Assembly (NCBI GenBank): GCA_964407405.1
Contig: CAYOVH010000002.1
Coordinates: 184,053 to 248,052, forward strand
Source: an uncultured Candidatus Saccharibacteria bacterium
Lineage (GTDB): Bacteria > Patescibacteriota > Saccharimonadia > Saccharimonadales > Saccharimonadaceae
Length of the DNA stretch: 64,000 bases
Direction: 5' to 3'
Shown: positions 19,931 through 28,305 of the stretch, in pieces
Layout: each line of letters begins with the position of its first letter
Position numbering within the stretch: position 1 is the first letter of the stretch
Notes under the pieces: model-generated
Databases searched by the model: none
What the model was told of the DNA's origin: nothing
What the model saw: only the letters and a program-made list of their open reading frames with translations
Made by a program: the position numbers and the translations under genes

Positions 19931-20591
19931 TTAGCTGTCGGATATCACTTTCAATATCGACAATTGAGCGCATCTTGCCTGTCGTATCAGTGCATTCAAT
20001 TGCCGTGTATTCATCCGGGTAGAGCTGACAAAGTTCTTTATAATTGGTTTTGGCTTTTTCGAGATGGTCGGCATCCGCCTCATGAATGTCTCGTTTTTTG
20101 TCCGTATATGAGCGGGCTTCTTTTTTATCAATGTTTTCTTGAGCGATGTGGCTCGGGACGAGCAGGACAATATTGAGATCAGGCTTGGGAATGCCAAGGA
20201 TGCCGTATTCGGTCTTTTTGGTGCGCTCGTAGAATACATGTCGCTCGTTCTGATCAGTTAGCTTTGCTCCCTGATGCGCAAGGTTTGATGCGACGTAGCG
20301 ATTTGAGACAACAATCGCATTTGGCTTTTTGAGATGTGCTATGATCTCGTCTTTGGCCGCGAATCGATCAAGTGCATATGGTAAAGCGCCAAGGTCTGCA
20401 GGTATATCATTTGGACCGCCATAATCACCGTTGAGGTAGCGCTCGACATAGTAGGCCGAACTCTCTCCGTAGCGCGGAAAATCAGCCTCAAGGACATCGT
20501 GTCCTTCTGACTTAAGATATTCGATAAGCAGCTTTGATTGCGTAGCCTTGCCGGATCCGTCGCCTCCTTCGATAGCGATGAATAACCCCAT
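19899..20591 (-). CDS. tmk: thymidylate (dTMP) kinase
   Basis: P-loop IAIEGGDGSGKATQ. Confidence 0.9.
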   Translation of the reverse strand: MGLFIAIEGGDGSGKATQSKLLIEYLKSEGHDVLEADFPRYGESSAYYVERYLNGDYGGPNDIPADLGALPYALDRFAAKDEIIAHLKKPNAIVVSNRYVASNLAHQGAKLTDQNERHVFYERTKKTEYGILGIPKPDLNIVLLVPSHIAQENIDKKEARSYTDKKRDIHEADADHLEKAKTNYKELCQLYPDEYTAIECTDTTGKMRSIVDIESDIRQLISVASDTLSE

Positions 20592-20593
20592 AG

Positions 20594-21316
20594 TTATTTT
20601 ATTCCCTTGGGTAATCCGTCTATTGCTGGCGCTATGACGCGTGAGTCTTTGAATGCACGCGGGAGCATCATCTCGGGGCTCCAGGTGCGGATTAGCTCAT
20701 CAAGATCATCAGTGTGTTGATACTTACCGCTCATGCCGTCGCGGCCTTTAGCGTAGCCGCCCTCGACAGGACCGGTGTGGTGAAAGATTAGCTGCCCTAC
20801 CCTCTCACCGACTGGTAGGACGACACTTTCGTGCATGTTGAGGTTGTAGATTTCGAGCGTGATGCGATTGATATAGCCCGGATCTACCCAGCCGGCGTCA
20901 AAACAAACGGCGACGCCGTTTCGTCCCCAGCTAGAGCGGCTTTTTACTTCGCAAGCACCTCCGTGGGTGCGAATGCCAACAAATTCGTGGGTATGAGCCA
21001 GGATGCGCTCGCCCGGCTGCAATACGATGATCGGATGATCTTCGGGAATGTTCTCAAAAAGAGGTTTTTGGTTCTTCTCGCACCACTCTTTGTGGGGCAT
21101 CGCTTCCAGTGGCCCTTTGAAGTACCGTGCGACTTCTCTCTCATCGAATGGGTTATAGACACCGCCCGGCTCCGTTTGGCTTTCTTGCTTGTAGAAATAA
21201 TATCCGAGTGTAAAGTCGAGGCTAGCCTCAGATATGTGAGTCGGATTGAATGGTACACAGACGATGCGTCCATCATCAATGGCGCTCCGAATCTCGGTGT
21301 TGCTATATACTCCCAT
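20594..21316 (-). CDS. dcd: dCTP deaminase family protein (longer than the canonical form)
   Basis: N-terminus SNTEIRSAIDDGRIVCVPFNPTHISEASLDFTLG resembles Dcd/dUTPase-fold enzymes. 240 aa. Confidence 0.75.
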   Translation of the reverse strand: MGVYSNTEIRSAIDDGRIVCVPFNPTHISEASLDFTLGYYFYKQESQTEPGGVYNPFDEREVARYFKGPLEAMPHKEWCEKNQKPLFENIPEDHPIIVLQPGERILAHTHEFVGIRTHGGACEVKSRSSWGRNGVAVCFDAGWVDPGYINRITLEIYNLNMHESVVLPVGERVGQLIFHHTGPVEGGYAKGRDGMSGKYQHTDDLDELIRTWSPEMMLPRAFKDSRVIAPAIDGLPKGIK

Positions 21317-21340
21317 AAACTTCTTCTAGTGTACCATAGC

Positions 21341-21718
21341 TCATGTATCAACATTGATAAAATGCGTATGTTGATGCGCGATGGAGCGGGCCACGTTTCG
21401 TGCCGCTCGTGAGTATATTGAATACCCTGCATCCTCATATTCCGTCAAAAGTCGTACATATTCAGTGCGTTCGTGCGGTTCAAGCTCACTGAGTTTTGAG
21501 ATATGACGATTTGGGACGATCATCAGGTGTTGACTCACAGGTAAATCATCCCAAACAGCATAAGGGTAATGATTCTTGATGACGACGAAATGGATATGGC
21601 GTGCGATAACTTGCGGATCATCGTTTGAGCGAATGAGGTCACAAAATTTACACTCACCTACGTATGAGCGCTTGAATTCATCATATGCGGCCTGTACTTC
21701 CGGAAGTCTCGCTGACAT
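21341..21718 (-). CDS. HIT family hydrolase
   Basis: Histidine triad HQHTHF near the C-terminus. Confidence 0.85.
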   Translation of the reverse strand: MSARLPEVQAAYDEFKRSYVGECKFCDLIRSNDDPQVIARHIHFVVIKNHYPYAVWDDLPVSQHLMIVPNRHISKLSELEPHERTEYVRLLTEYEDAGYSIYSRAARNVARSIAHQHTHFINVDT

Positions 21719-21749
21719 TAGCTAAAGTGTATCATGATACACTGGATGT

Positions 21750-22241
21750 ATGAAAGCGATCGTGGTGGCAATGGATAAGAATAACGGTATTGGTACAGCG
21801 AATGATCTATTGTGGCAACGCGATCTACCGGCTGATCTGGCTCATTTCAAGAAACTGACAGTTGGAAAATCGGTAATCATGGGACGTAAAACTTTTGAAA
21901 GTATCGGCCGCCCCCTGCCCGATCGGCAGAATATTGTGGTTAGCCGCAGAGGCCCTATTGGTATAAAAGGTGTTTTGACAGCGTATTCGCTTGAGGCCGC
22001 CTATGCCCTAGCGCAATATGATGTGATGGTGATTGGCGGCGGGCAGATATATGCGGAGGCGATCGACGATATGGATGCGCTCTATGTAACCTACGTCGAT
22101 GCTGATTTTCCGCAAGCGACTGTCTTCTTCCCGCAGATCAATTGTGAGGACTGGCAGGAAGTCGAGCGCGATCATCACGAGGCTGATGAAAAGAATAAAT
22201 ACTCGTTTGATTTTGTGAAGTATGAGCGAACTGCAGCTTAG
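21750..22241 (+). CDS. folA: dihydrofolate reductase
   Basis: IVVAMDKNNGIG...LLWQRDLPADLAHFKKLTVGKSVIMGRKTFESIGRPLPDRQNIVVS. Confidence 0.95.
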   Translation: MKAIVVAMDKNNGIGTANDLLWQRDLPADLAHFKKLTVGKSVIMGRKTFESIGRPLPDRQNIVVSRRGPIGIKGVLTAYSLEAAYALAQYDVMVIGGGQIYAEAIDDMDALYVTYVDADFPQATVFFPQINCEDWQEVERDHHEADEKNKYSFDFVKYERTAA

Positions 22242-22490
22242 TCGCTTTCAGGGGCATCATCGGCATACTGTACATTAAGGATCTCTCCTTTTGCCTCTGG
22301 GATATGGCTATAGTATAGCTTTAATCCTCCTTTGCTTACAAGGTTACGTAGGGCTTTTGGGTCGGAGCCTGAGTGACGTACGGCCCGCTCGTAAGGACCC
22401 CTAAAAACCGCCCGTGCAAGCGACAAGTATCTATACCGTGAATTGCTTGGTTCCGTTTGTGGTCGGGAATGTTCGGGTGGCATAAGTTTA

Positions 22491-23411
22491 CTATACCGCA
22501 ATCGGTGCTTTAATGGATGGGTCTGGATTGTAGTTTTTGAGCTTGATGTCGTCGAATGTAAAATCGTCGATATTTTTGATGTCAGAATTGAGCCAGAGTG
22601 TTGGCAGTTCTTTTGGCGTGCGTGAGAGTTGTTCTTTGACCTGATCGAAGTGGTTGCTGTAGATGTGCGTATCAGCCAGTGTATGGACGAATTCACCTTG
22701 TTGTAAGCCTGTAACTTGCGCGATCATGGCGAGCAGCAGCGAGTAGCTGGCAATGTTGAATGGCACGCCGAGGAAGGTGTCGGCTGATCGCTGATAGAGC
22801 TGGAGGCTGAGCTTGCCATTTACGACGTAAAACTGAAACAGGCTGTGGCACGGTGGCAAACCACCGATGCGGACGATCTCATCGGTTTCTCCCGGATTCC
22901 AGGCGGTGACGATCATGCGGCGTGAATCTGGAGAATTTTTGATCATATCGATGACATTGGCGATCTGGTCGATCTCCCCGCCCTTTCCATCTGGCCAGCG
23001 GCGCCACTGGACACCATAGACTGGACCAAGGTCGCCCCATTTGAGCGCGAAATCATGGTCGGTCGCGACTTTACTGATAAATTCTTTCATCTGTGCTTTC
23101 CACTCGTCAGAATTTACCTCTGGGATCGGAAGATTATTTTTTTCCAAGTATGCTTTGAACGGCCACTCGTCCCAGATGTGGACGTTGTTTTGGGCGAGGT
23201 ATTCGATGTTTCCGGTGCCTTTGAGAAACCACAGCAGCTCATGCACGACGGAGTTGAAGTAGAGTTTTTTGGTAGTGACAGCCGGGAAGCCTTTTGCGAG
23301 ATCGTAGCGCACTTGCCGCCCAAACACACTACGTGTGCCAGTGCCGGTACGGTCGCCTTTGTCGACGCCATTGTCCATGATATCTTGCAGTAAATCCAGG
23401 TATTGTCGCAT
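22491..23411 (-). CDS. thyA: thymidylate synthase (ThyA)
   Basis: [31 protein letters not shown], with the active-site Cys in [14 protein letters not shown] trimmed the start to ATG 23411, since the track ORF extends upstream. Confidence 0.95.
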   Translation of the reverse strand: MRQYLDLLQDIMDNGVDKGDRTGTGTRSVFGRQVRYDLAKGFPAVTTKKLYFNSVVHELLWFLKGTGNIEYLAQNNVHIWDEWPFKAYLEKNNLPIPEVNSDEWKAQMKEFISKVATDHDFALKWGDLGPVYGVQWRRWPDGKGGEIDQIANVIDMIKNSPDSRRMIVTAWNPGETDEIVRIGGLPPCHSLFQFYVVNGKLSLQLYQRSADTFLGVPFNIASYSLLLAMIAQVTGLQQGEFVHTLADTHIYSNHFDQVKEQLSRTPKELPTLWLNSDIKNIDDFTFDDIKLKNYNPDPSIKAPIAV

Positions 23412-23557
23412 ATCCCCTCCGTATTCTCTTTTTAGTATACGGAAGTCTATCCGATAATGCCACGTGAAGTGAAGTAATTGTGTACTTTTTAAACCAAAAG
23501 CGGTATAGTGCAAAGTACTTTGAGAGGGTGTGAGGATTTACCTTCTTGGAGCCAGAA

Positions 23558-23588
23558 CCCCGGAGCTGCGTATGAGGCGGCTCCGGGG
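23558..23588 (-). terminator. Hairpin downstream of rplA
   Basis: Minus sense CCCCGGAGC-N12-GCTCCGGGG followed by TTCTGG. The T-run is weak. Confidence 0.4.
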
Positions 23589-23609
23589 TAATTAACGCTT
23601 AGGGATACC

Positions 23610-24581
23610 TTAGTTTACGACGTTTTCAATCTTGATGCCAGGACCCATGGTGGTGGTGATGGCGGTTGTCTTGACGTAGCTACCTTTGATAGAGCTTGGC
23701 TTTTGTGACTGGAGGCTATCAAAGAAGCTTCGTGCATTTTCCTCTAGCTTTGCAGCGCCAAAGGATACTTTGCCGATGCTCAGGTGAACGATAGCTTGCT
23801 TGTCGACGCGGTATTCGACTTTGCCGGCTTTTGCTTCGGATACAGCTTTGGCGACGTCGGTTGCGACAGTGCCGGCCTTTGGATTTGGCATGAGACCGCG
23901 TGGTCCGAGAAGTCGGGCGTATTTGCCGAGACGCGGCATGAATTGCGGCGTTGCGACCAGGACGTCAAAGTCGAGAGTGCCTTTGTCGAGCTGCTTGAGG
24001 AAGTCCTCATCTCCGATGATATCAGCACCAGCTTTCTTGGCTGCGGCGTGGTCGGCATCAGGGGCAAAGACAGCGACGCGGATGGTTTTTCCAGTGCCAT
24101 TCGGGAGCGATACGGTGGCGCGGACATTTTGGTCTGCTTGGCGCGGGTCGACACCAAGGCGGACGTGCACTTCGACAGACGCGTCAAATTTTGTCGGACT
24201 GGTTTTGGTAGCGAGCTCAAGCGCTTCGCTGAGGTTGTATAGCTTGTCTTTTTCGATCTGCTCTGCCAGTTTGCGGAAGTTTTTGCCGCGGCGAGCCAAG
24301 CGCGGTCGTGTCGTTGGCTTGGGGCCCTTCTTGACGACATGCTCTGACTCATCTTGCGGCGTAGTGTCACCAACTTCTTTGCGTGCTTCTTTTTCGGCCT
24401 TCTCTTCAGCTTCGGCGAGTGCTTTGGCGCTACGCTTGCCAGCTTTGGCTACATGAGCTTCTTTGACTTCATGCTTTTCGCTAGCAGCAATTGCTGCTTC
24501 GATCTCAGCGATCGTATTCTTTTCTGAAACTTCTAATTTTAGTTCTGCTGCTTTTTCAAGCAGGTCTGCTTTTTTAGCCAT
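23610..24581 (-). CDS. rplA: 50S ribosomal protein L1 with about 95-aa Lys/Glu/Ala-rich N-terminal extension
   Basis: Canonical L1 core ([28 protein letters not shown]...[15 protein letters not shown]...). Start set at ATG 24581 ([10 protein letters not shown]). Confidence 0.93.
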   Translation of the reverse strand: MAKKADLLEKAAELKLEVSEKNTIAEIEAAIAASEKHEVKEAHVAKAGKRSAKALAEAEEKAEKEARKEVGDTTPQDESEHVVKKGPKPTTRPRLARRGKNFRKLAEQIEKDKLYNLSEALELATKTSPTKFDASVEVHVRLGVDPRQADQNVRATVSLPNGTGKTIRVAVFAPDADHAAAKKAGADIIGDEDFLKQLDKGTLDFDVLVATPQFMPRLGKYARLLGPRGLMPNPKAGTVATDVAKAVSEAKAGKVEYRVDKQAIVHLSIGKVSFGAAKLEENARSFFDSLQSQKPSSIKGSYVKTTAITTTMGPGIKIENVVN

Positions 24582-24719
24582 AAGACTAACCCTTTCTGTG
24601 GTACAAGCGGCTGTTTGATGGCCTCCCAACATTGATTTGTATAGACTAATTGTATCAGATCATTGACATTTTGTCGAGAAACTATTGACAAAAAATGATA
24701 GGTATGATACTATAGTACA

Positions 24720-24945
24720 GTGAGCAATGCTAGTGGAATTAGCAGAGCACACTATCATAGTAATACCTATCATGGTAAGCCTGGCCGTGAGTAGCGGACA
24801 GAATCTGAGTCGGGGAATATTTCTCAGACATAAAATCCAAATCGTAATTCATAAGCCTAGTGGCCATCGCGGTGCCTAGCAGAATGTATGATCCCTGGTT
24901 AAAATCCCATGTGGTGGCGTGTCAAACCCGATGACACGCCTTTTT
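24720..24945 (+). ncRNA. candidate about 225-nt small RNA antisense to the rplK-rplA spacer (identity unknown)
   Basis: TTGACA (24685-24690), 17 nt, TACTAT (24708-24713). Intrinsic terminator GGCGTGTCA-N7-TGACACGCC plus TTTTT (24916-24945). No downstream plus-strand gene. An alternative minus-strand leader reading is given in the findings. Confidence 0.3.
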
Positions 24946-24955
24946 ACTTTGGCGA

Positions 24956-24996
24956 ACTAAAAATAAGACCCATAAATTGTGAGGGTCTTATTTTCT
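24956..24996. terminator. Bidirectional hairpin terminator after rplK
   Basis: AAGACCC-N11-GGGTCTT flanked by A-run and T-run. On the minus strand it is followed by ATTTTTAG. Confidence 0.55.
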
Positions 24997-25010
24997 GAGA
25001 TGATCAATTA

Positions 25011-25436
25011 CTAGTCGGTAACTTCGACGCCCATTGAGCGGGCAGTGCCGGCAATTGTCTTGACGGCACCGTCTAGATCGATAGCATTGAGTTGCTCCAT
25101 CTTTGCTTCGGCGATTTCTTCGAGTTGCTTGCGAGATATCTTGCCGACTTTTTCTGAGTGCGGCTTGCCGCTTCCCTTTTTGATGCCGATTTTTTCGCGG
25201 ATTGCATCGTCAACGGGTTGGCCGAGGCTTTTCCAGTCAAAAGTACGGTCTTCGTACACCTTGATGTGGACGATGACGTCTTTGCCCATGTCGCCTTTGG
25301 TAGCATCGTTGAATGGATTGATGAAATCCATCATGTTGAGGCCCCATTGACCGAGCGTTGAGCCGACCGGAGGACCTGCAGTCGCGCGACCAGCAGGAAT
25401 TCTCAGTTTGAGATTACCAATAACTTGTTTTGCCAT
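25011..25436 (-). CDS. rplK: 50S ribosomal protein L11
   Basis: IPAGRATAGPPVGSTLGQWGLNMMDF. Confidence 0.97.
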   Translation of the reverse strand: MAKQVIGNLKLRIPAGRATAGPPVGSTLGQWGLNMMDFINPFNDATKGDMGKDVIVHIKVYEDRTFDWKSLGQPVDDAIREKIGIKKGSGKPHSEKVGKISRKQLEEIAEAKMEQLNAIDLDGAVKTIAGTARSMGVEVTD

Positions 25437-25526
25437 ATAGATTATAGTTCCTTTTTACTGCTAAATTGTTGAAGCGATTTGCAGTGCGTAACAGTGATAG
25501 ATTGTAACAGAAATTGATGGTGATGT

Positions 25527-25757
25527 CTAGGTCAACGCGCCGTTGTACTCATCTACGCAATGCTGTAGCGCGATTACTTTAGCAAGCAGCTGATCTCGGA
25601 GTTCTTTCAACTCATCTAGGGAGGCCATCTGTGTGGCGATTCTTTTCTGGAGCTCGATCATCTCGGTTTGTGCTGCTGCAAGCTGATCGCGGGCTTCCCC
25701 AATATGCACAGGAGCGGCCTCATGGGAGTCAGGAGCTATTCGGAGTTGTTCGGTCAT
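25527..25757 (-). CDS. hypothetical coiled-coil protein (76 aa)
   Basis: ORF with a 4-nt start/stop overlap with the upstream gene. Heptad-like sequence. Confidence 0.5.
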   Translation of the reverse strand: MTEQLRIAPDSHEAAPVHIGEARDQLAAAQTEMIELQKRIATQMASLDELKELRDQLLAKVIALQHCVDEYNGALT

Positions 25758-26185
25758 AGCGCCAACTCATCTCCTGGTAGTAGTATCGGTCGCTCCTCTG
25801 GGGCATAACCCGTCTGGCAGTGTTGTCTGATCTGATCCAAATGTGTGTCGTATTCCTGTCTCTTGGCTATGATAGGGAGATCGACGAGTCGCACAACAAC
25901 GCCCTCGCCTAATATCTGCTGAGTTCGTGAAGTAAGGTTGACGCATTCACGCCCATTATAGAGTTGGCGCGAGCGTTGCCAGCTATCTTTATCCGATAGG
26001 ACTGGCACCGGTTTGGCGATATATGCTGCACCGGAGTCTGACTGCCATCCATAGTTGGGAGATAGAGGCTGACCGAGAAGTTGGTCGCCAATAGTACGGA
26101 GACGATCTTCGCTTAGCGTATCATCTGTCTTTCCATCATAAAAATGGCCGAATTCTATACCTTTTAACGGGACAAGAATATGCAT
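25754..26185 (-). CDS. hypothetical protein (143 aa)
   Basis: ORF between nusG and rplK. No recognised domain. Confidence 0.5.
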   Translation of the reverse strand: MHILVPLKGIEFGHFYDGKTDDTLSEDRLRTIGDQLLGQPLSPNYGWQSDSGAAYIAKPVPVLSDKDSWQRSRQLYNGRECVNLTSRTQQILGEGVVVRLVDLPIIAKRQEYDTHLDQIRQHCQTGYAPEERPILLPGDELAL

Positions 26186-26202
26186 GGATGATGCCTCTTG
26201 GG

Positions 26203-26748
26203 CTAGACTTTCTTTACCTGCAAGGCATCGAGTTCTACAGGGGTGTCGCGGCCAAACATTGATACCATGACTTTGATCTTACCTTTGGTGCTATCGATCT
26301 CTGAAATTGAGCCATCAAAGCCTTTGAACGGTCCGTCGGTAATAGAGACGACTTCGCCTTCCGTAAAGTCGATCTGGTGCTTGGGATCTTCGACACCCAT
26401 ACGCTTTTTGATCTTAGCAATCTCACCGTCGGAGACTGGTGTTGGCTCAGTGCCACTACCGACAAAGCCTGTCACGCCTGGCGTGTTGCGCACAATGTAC
26501 CATGTCTCGTCGGTTAGTTTCATTTCAACCAGTACGTAGCCTTGGAAGATTTTAGCTTCAATGACTTTGCGTTTGCCGTTTTTGATCTGAATTTGTTTTT
26601 CTTTTGGTACCATGACATCAAAGATTTTGTCTGCCATGTCAACAGCCTGGATACGCTGCCGGATACTGTCGGCTACCTTCTCTTCGTAGCCGCTATACGT
26701 ATGGATGGCGTACCATTGTCGGGATGAGTCATATCGATTTTTTGCCAC
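26203..26748 (-). CDS. nusG: transcription termination/antitermination factor NusG
   Basis: WYAIHTYSGYEEKV NGN domain and C-terminal KOW (GEVVSITDGPFKGFDGSISEID). Confidence 0.95.
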   Translation of the reverse strand: MAKNRYDSSRQWYAIHTYSGYEEKVADSIRQRIQAVDMADKIFDVMVPKEKQIQIKNGKRKVIEAKIFQGYVLVEMKLTDETWYIVRNTPGVTGFVGSGTEPTPVSDGEIAKIKKRMGVEDPKHQIDFTEGEVVSITDGPFKGFDGSISEIDSTKGKIKVMVSMFGRDTPVELDALQVKKV

Positions 26749-26759
26749 AAGTCTGCTCC

Positions 26760-27074
26760 TTATTTTAGAATCGTTTCAAATATATACTTAAAAATCGCGT
26801 CAAGAACAAGAATAAAGACGACGAAGAACGCAGAAAAGGCCAAAACGGCTCCTGTCAGCCCCCATGTTGCCGAGCGGGTCGGCCAATGTACTTGGCGAAG
26901 CTCTTGCCAGGCACCTACAAAGTAGCCAAAAAACCCACTGAGAAAGCGAGGCTTTTTTGTAGTCTCTTTGGGAGTTATCTTTGTCATTTTCGGCGCTTGC
27001 TTTTTAGCACGGTCCTTGCCATTTTTTGACGTCTTGATCCGGGTCACACTCTCTGATTTTGATGCTTTTGCCAC
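26760..27074 (-). CDS. secE: preprotein translocase subunit SecE (Lys-rich N-terminal extension)
   Basis: C-terminal ELRQVHWPTRSATWGLTGAVLAFSAFFVVFILVLD. Located directly upstream of nusG. Confidence 0.8.
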   Translation of the reverse strand: MAKASKSESVTRIKTSKNGKDRAKKQAPKMTKITPKETTKKPRFLSGFFGYFVGAWQELRQVHWPTRSATWGLTGAVLAFSAFFVVFILVLDAIFKYIFETILK

Positions 27075-27192
27075 CGTATCTCCTACTCATCCTATTTAAA
27101 GGAATTTAAAAAGTCTGCCTTTGGAGCAAACTGTCAATAGATAGTGTAGTCTACCACTGTCGTTTCGTCAAGTCGTGCTACTATAAAAGATA

Positions 27193-28305
27193 ATGATCAT
27201 TGCTTGGATTATCTGTCTGGTGTCGATAACAGTCTCGATATTGGTTGCTATTAGCCTACTGACTGCTACTGGAAAGTACAAATGGAAGGCTGCCAGCACG
27301 GATGTACCCAGTGTTTCGATATGTATTCCCGCGAGAAATGAGGCCCATGCCTTGGCAGATTGCCTGGAGCGTGTGCTGGCGAGTGACTATGAGAAGCTGG
27401 AGATTCTGGTACTTGACGATAACTCAAAGGATGAGACTTCAAACCTTATCAAGTCATTTGCCCATGCCGGAGTTCGTTTTATACCCGGGAAAGCTCTGCC
27501 GGATGGTTGGCTGGGTAAAAATCATGCATTAGAGCAATTGGCGCGCGAGGCCAGCGGCGATGTCATCGTCTTCATGGATGTCGACACAAAAATTAGTGTG
27601 AAGACAGTTAGTGCGCTTGTGTCGGCTATGGATTCTGGAGTGCAGATGGCGGCAGTTTTACCTCAGCGGGCTGACATTCCGCGACTCAGCGCATTACTTG
27701 GGCATTTGCGATATTTTTGGGAGCTTATTTTGCCCGGCGTTCCGTCGTCAAGCGCCCTCTGGGCTATTCGAAGAGAAGTCATTTTGGAAAAGATGAATGG
27801 CTTTTCACCTTTGGCCACTCATGCGCAGCCGGAGCGAGAATTGGCAATTATTCTTCAAAAGACGAACGGGTATAAATGCTTAATGGATGCTTCTGGTCTA
27901 GGTGTCTATTACGAAAAACGATGGGCGTCGCAGCGAGAGACATCAACGCGTCTTTTGTGGCCGCTATTTGTCAGTCGAATCTCGGCAGGGATTATCGCAT
28001 TTGGGTGTTTGATCGCTTGGACCGCAAGTGTGATATCGATTGGATTTTATGCCCTATGGCCCCAGACTTTATGGCTCTATATCGTTACGTGGGCATTTGG
28101 AGGCGTGGCGTACGGGCTTTACCTGCGACGAATGTGGATACGCGGCTGGCTACTTGGTGCTCTTCTATGGCCGGTGATTGTTTTGCAGGAGATGAGCTTC
28201 TTGCTTACTAGTATGTATAGATATGCAACTAAGACAGTTGTGTGGAAGGGCCGCTCTGTTACTGGTGCGACGGAGAATCAGACGTATTTGACGCTAGATG
28301 AGTAA
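27193..28305 (+). CDS. membrane-bound family 2 glycosyltransferase
   Basis: VSICIPARNEAHALADCLERVLASDYEKLEILVLDDNSKDET, DVD motif, C-terminal TM helices. Confidence 0.85.
   Translation: MIIAWIICLVSITVSILVAISLLTATGKYKWKAASTDVPSVSICIPARNEAHALADCLERVLASDYEKLEILVLDDNSKDETSNLIKSFAHAGVRFIPGKALPDGWLGKNHALEQLAREASGDVIVFMDVDTKISVKTVSALVSAMDSGVQMAAVLPQRADIPRLSALLGHLRYFWELILPGVPSSSALWAIRREVILEKMNGFSPLATHAQPERELAIILQKTNGYKCLMDASGLGVYYEKRWASQRETSTRLLWPLFVSRISAGIIAFGCLIAWTASVISIGFYALWPQTLWLYIVTWAFGGVAYGLYLRRMWIRGWLLGALLWPVIVLQEMSFLLTSMYRYATKTVVWKGRSVTGATENQTYLTLDE

Noticed and set aside
22238-22696. Minus-strand ORF in the folA-thyA convergent gap (81 aa if started at ATG 22483)
   Set aside because: Its N-terminal half overlaps thyA in another frame. 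The remaining part has no RBS and no recognisable motif. It could be a real small gene, but I cannot support this.
23780-24456. Three long ORFs (23780-24373 minus, 23784-24242 plus, 23800-24456 plus) overlapping rplA
   Set aside because: They lie in alternative frames or antisense to a clear L1 gene. Their translations are low-complexity (Ser/Ala/Arg-rich), produced by the compositional bias of the L1 extension.
24728-24883. 51-aa ORF inside the candidate small RNA (MLVELAEHTIIVIPIMVSLAVSS...)
   Set aside because: No Shine-Dalgarno sequence. I kept only the RNA/leader interpretation. A type I toxin-like peptide cannot be excluded.
28259-28305. Convergent gene overlaps (47 nt GT2/histidine kinase here, 32 nt at 19899-19930)
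   Set aside because: Short 3' overlaps are common in compact genomes, and no additional signal was seen.
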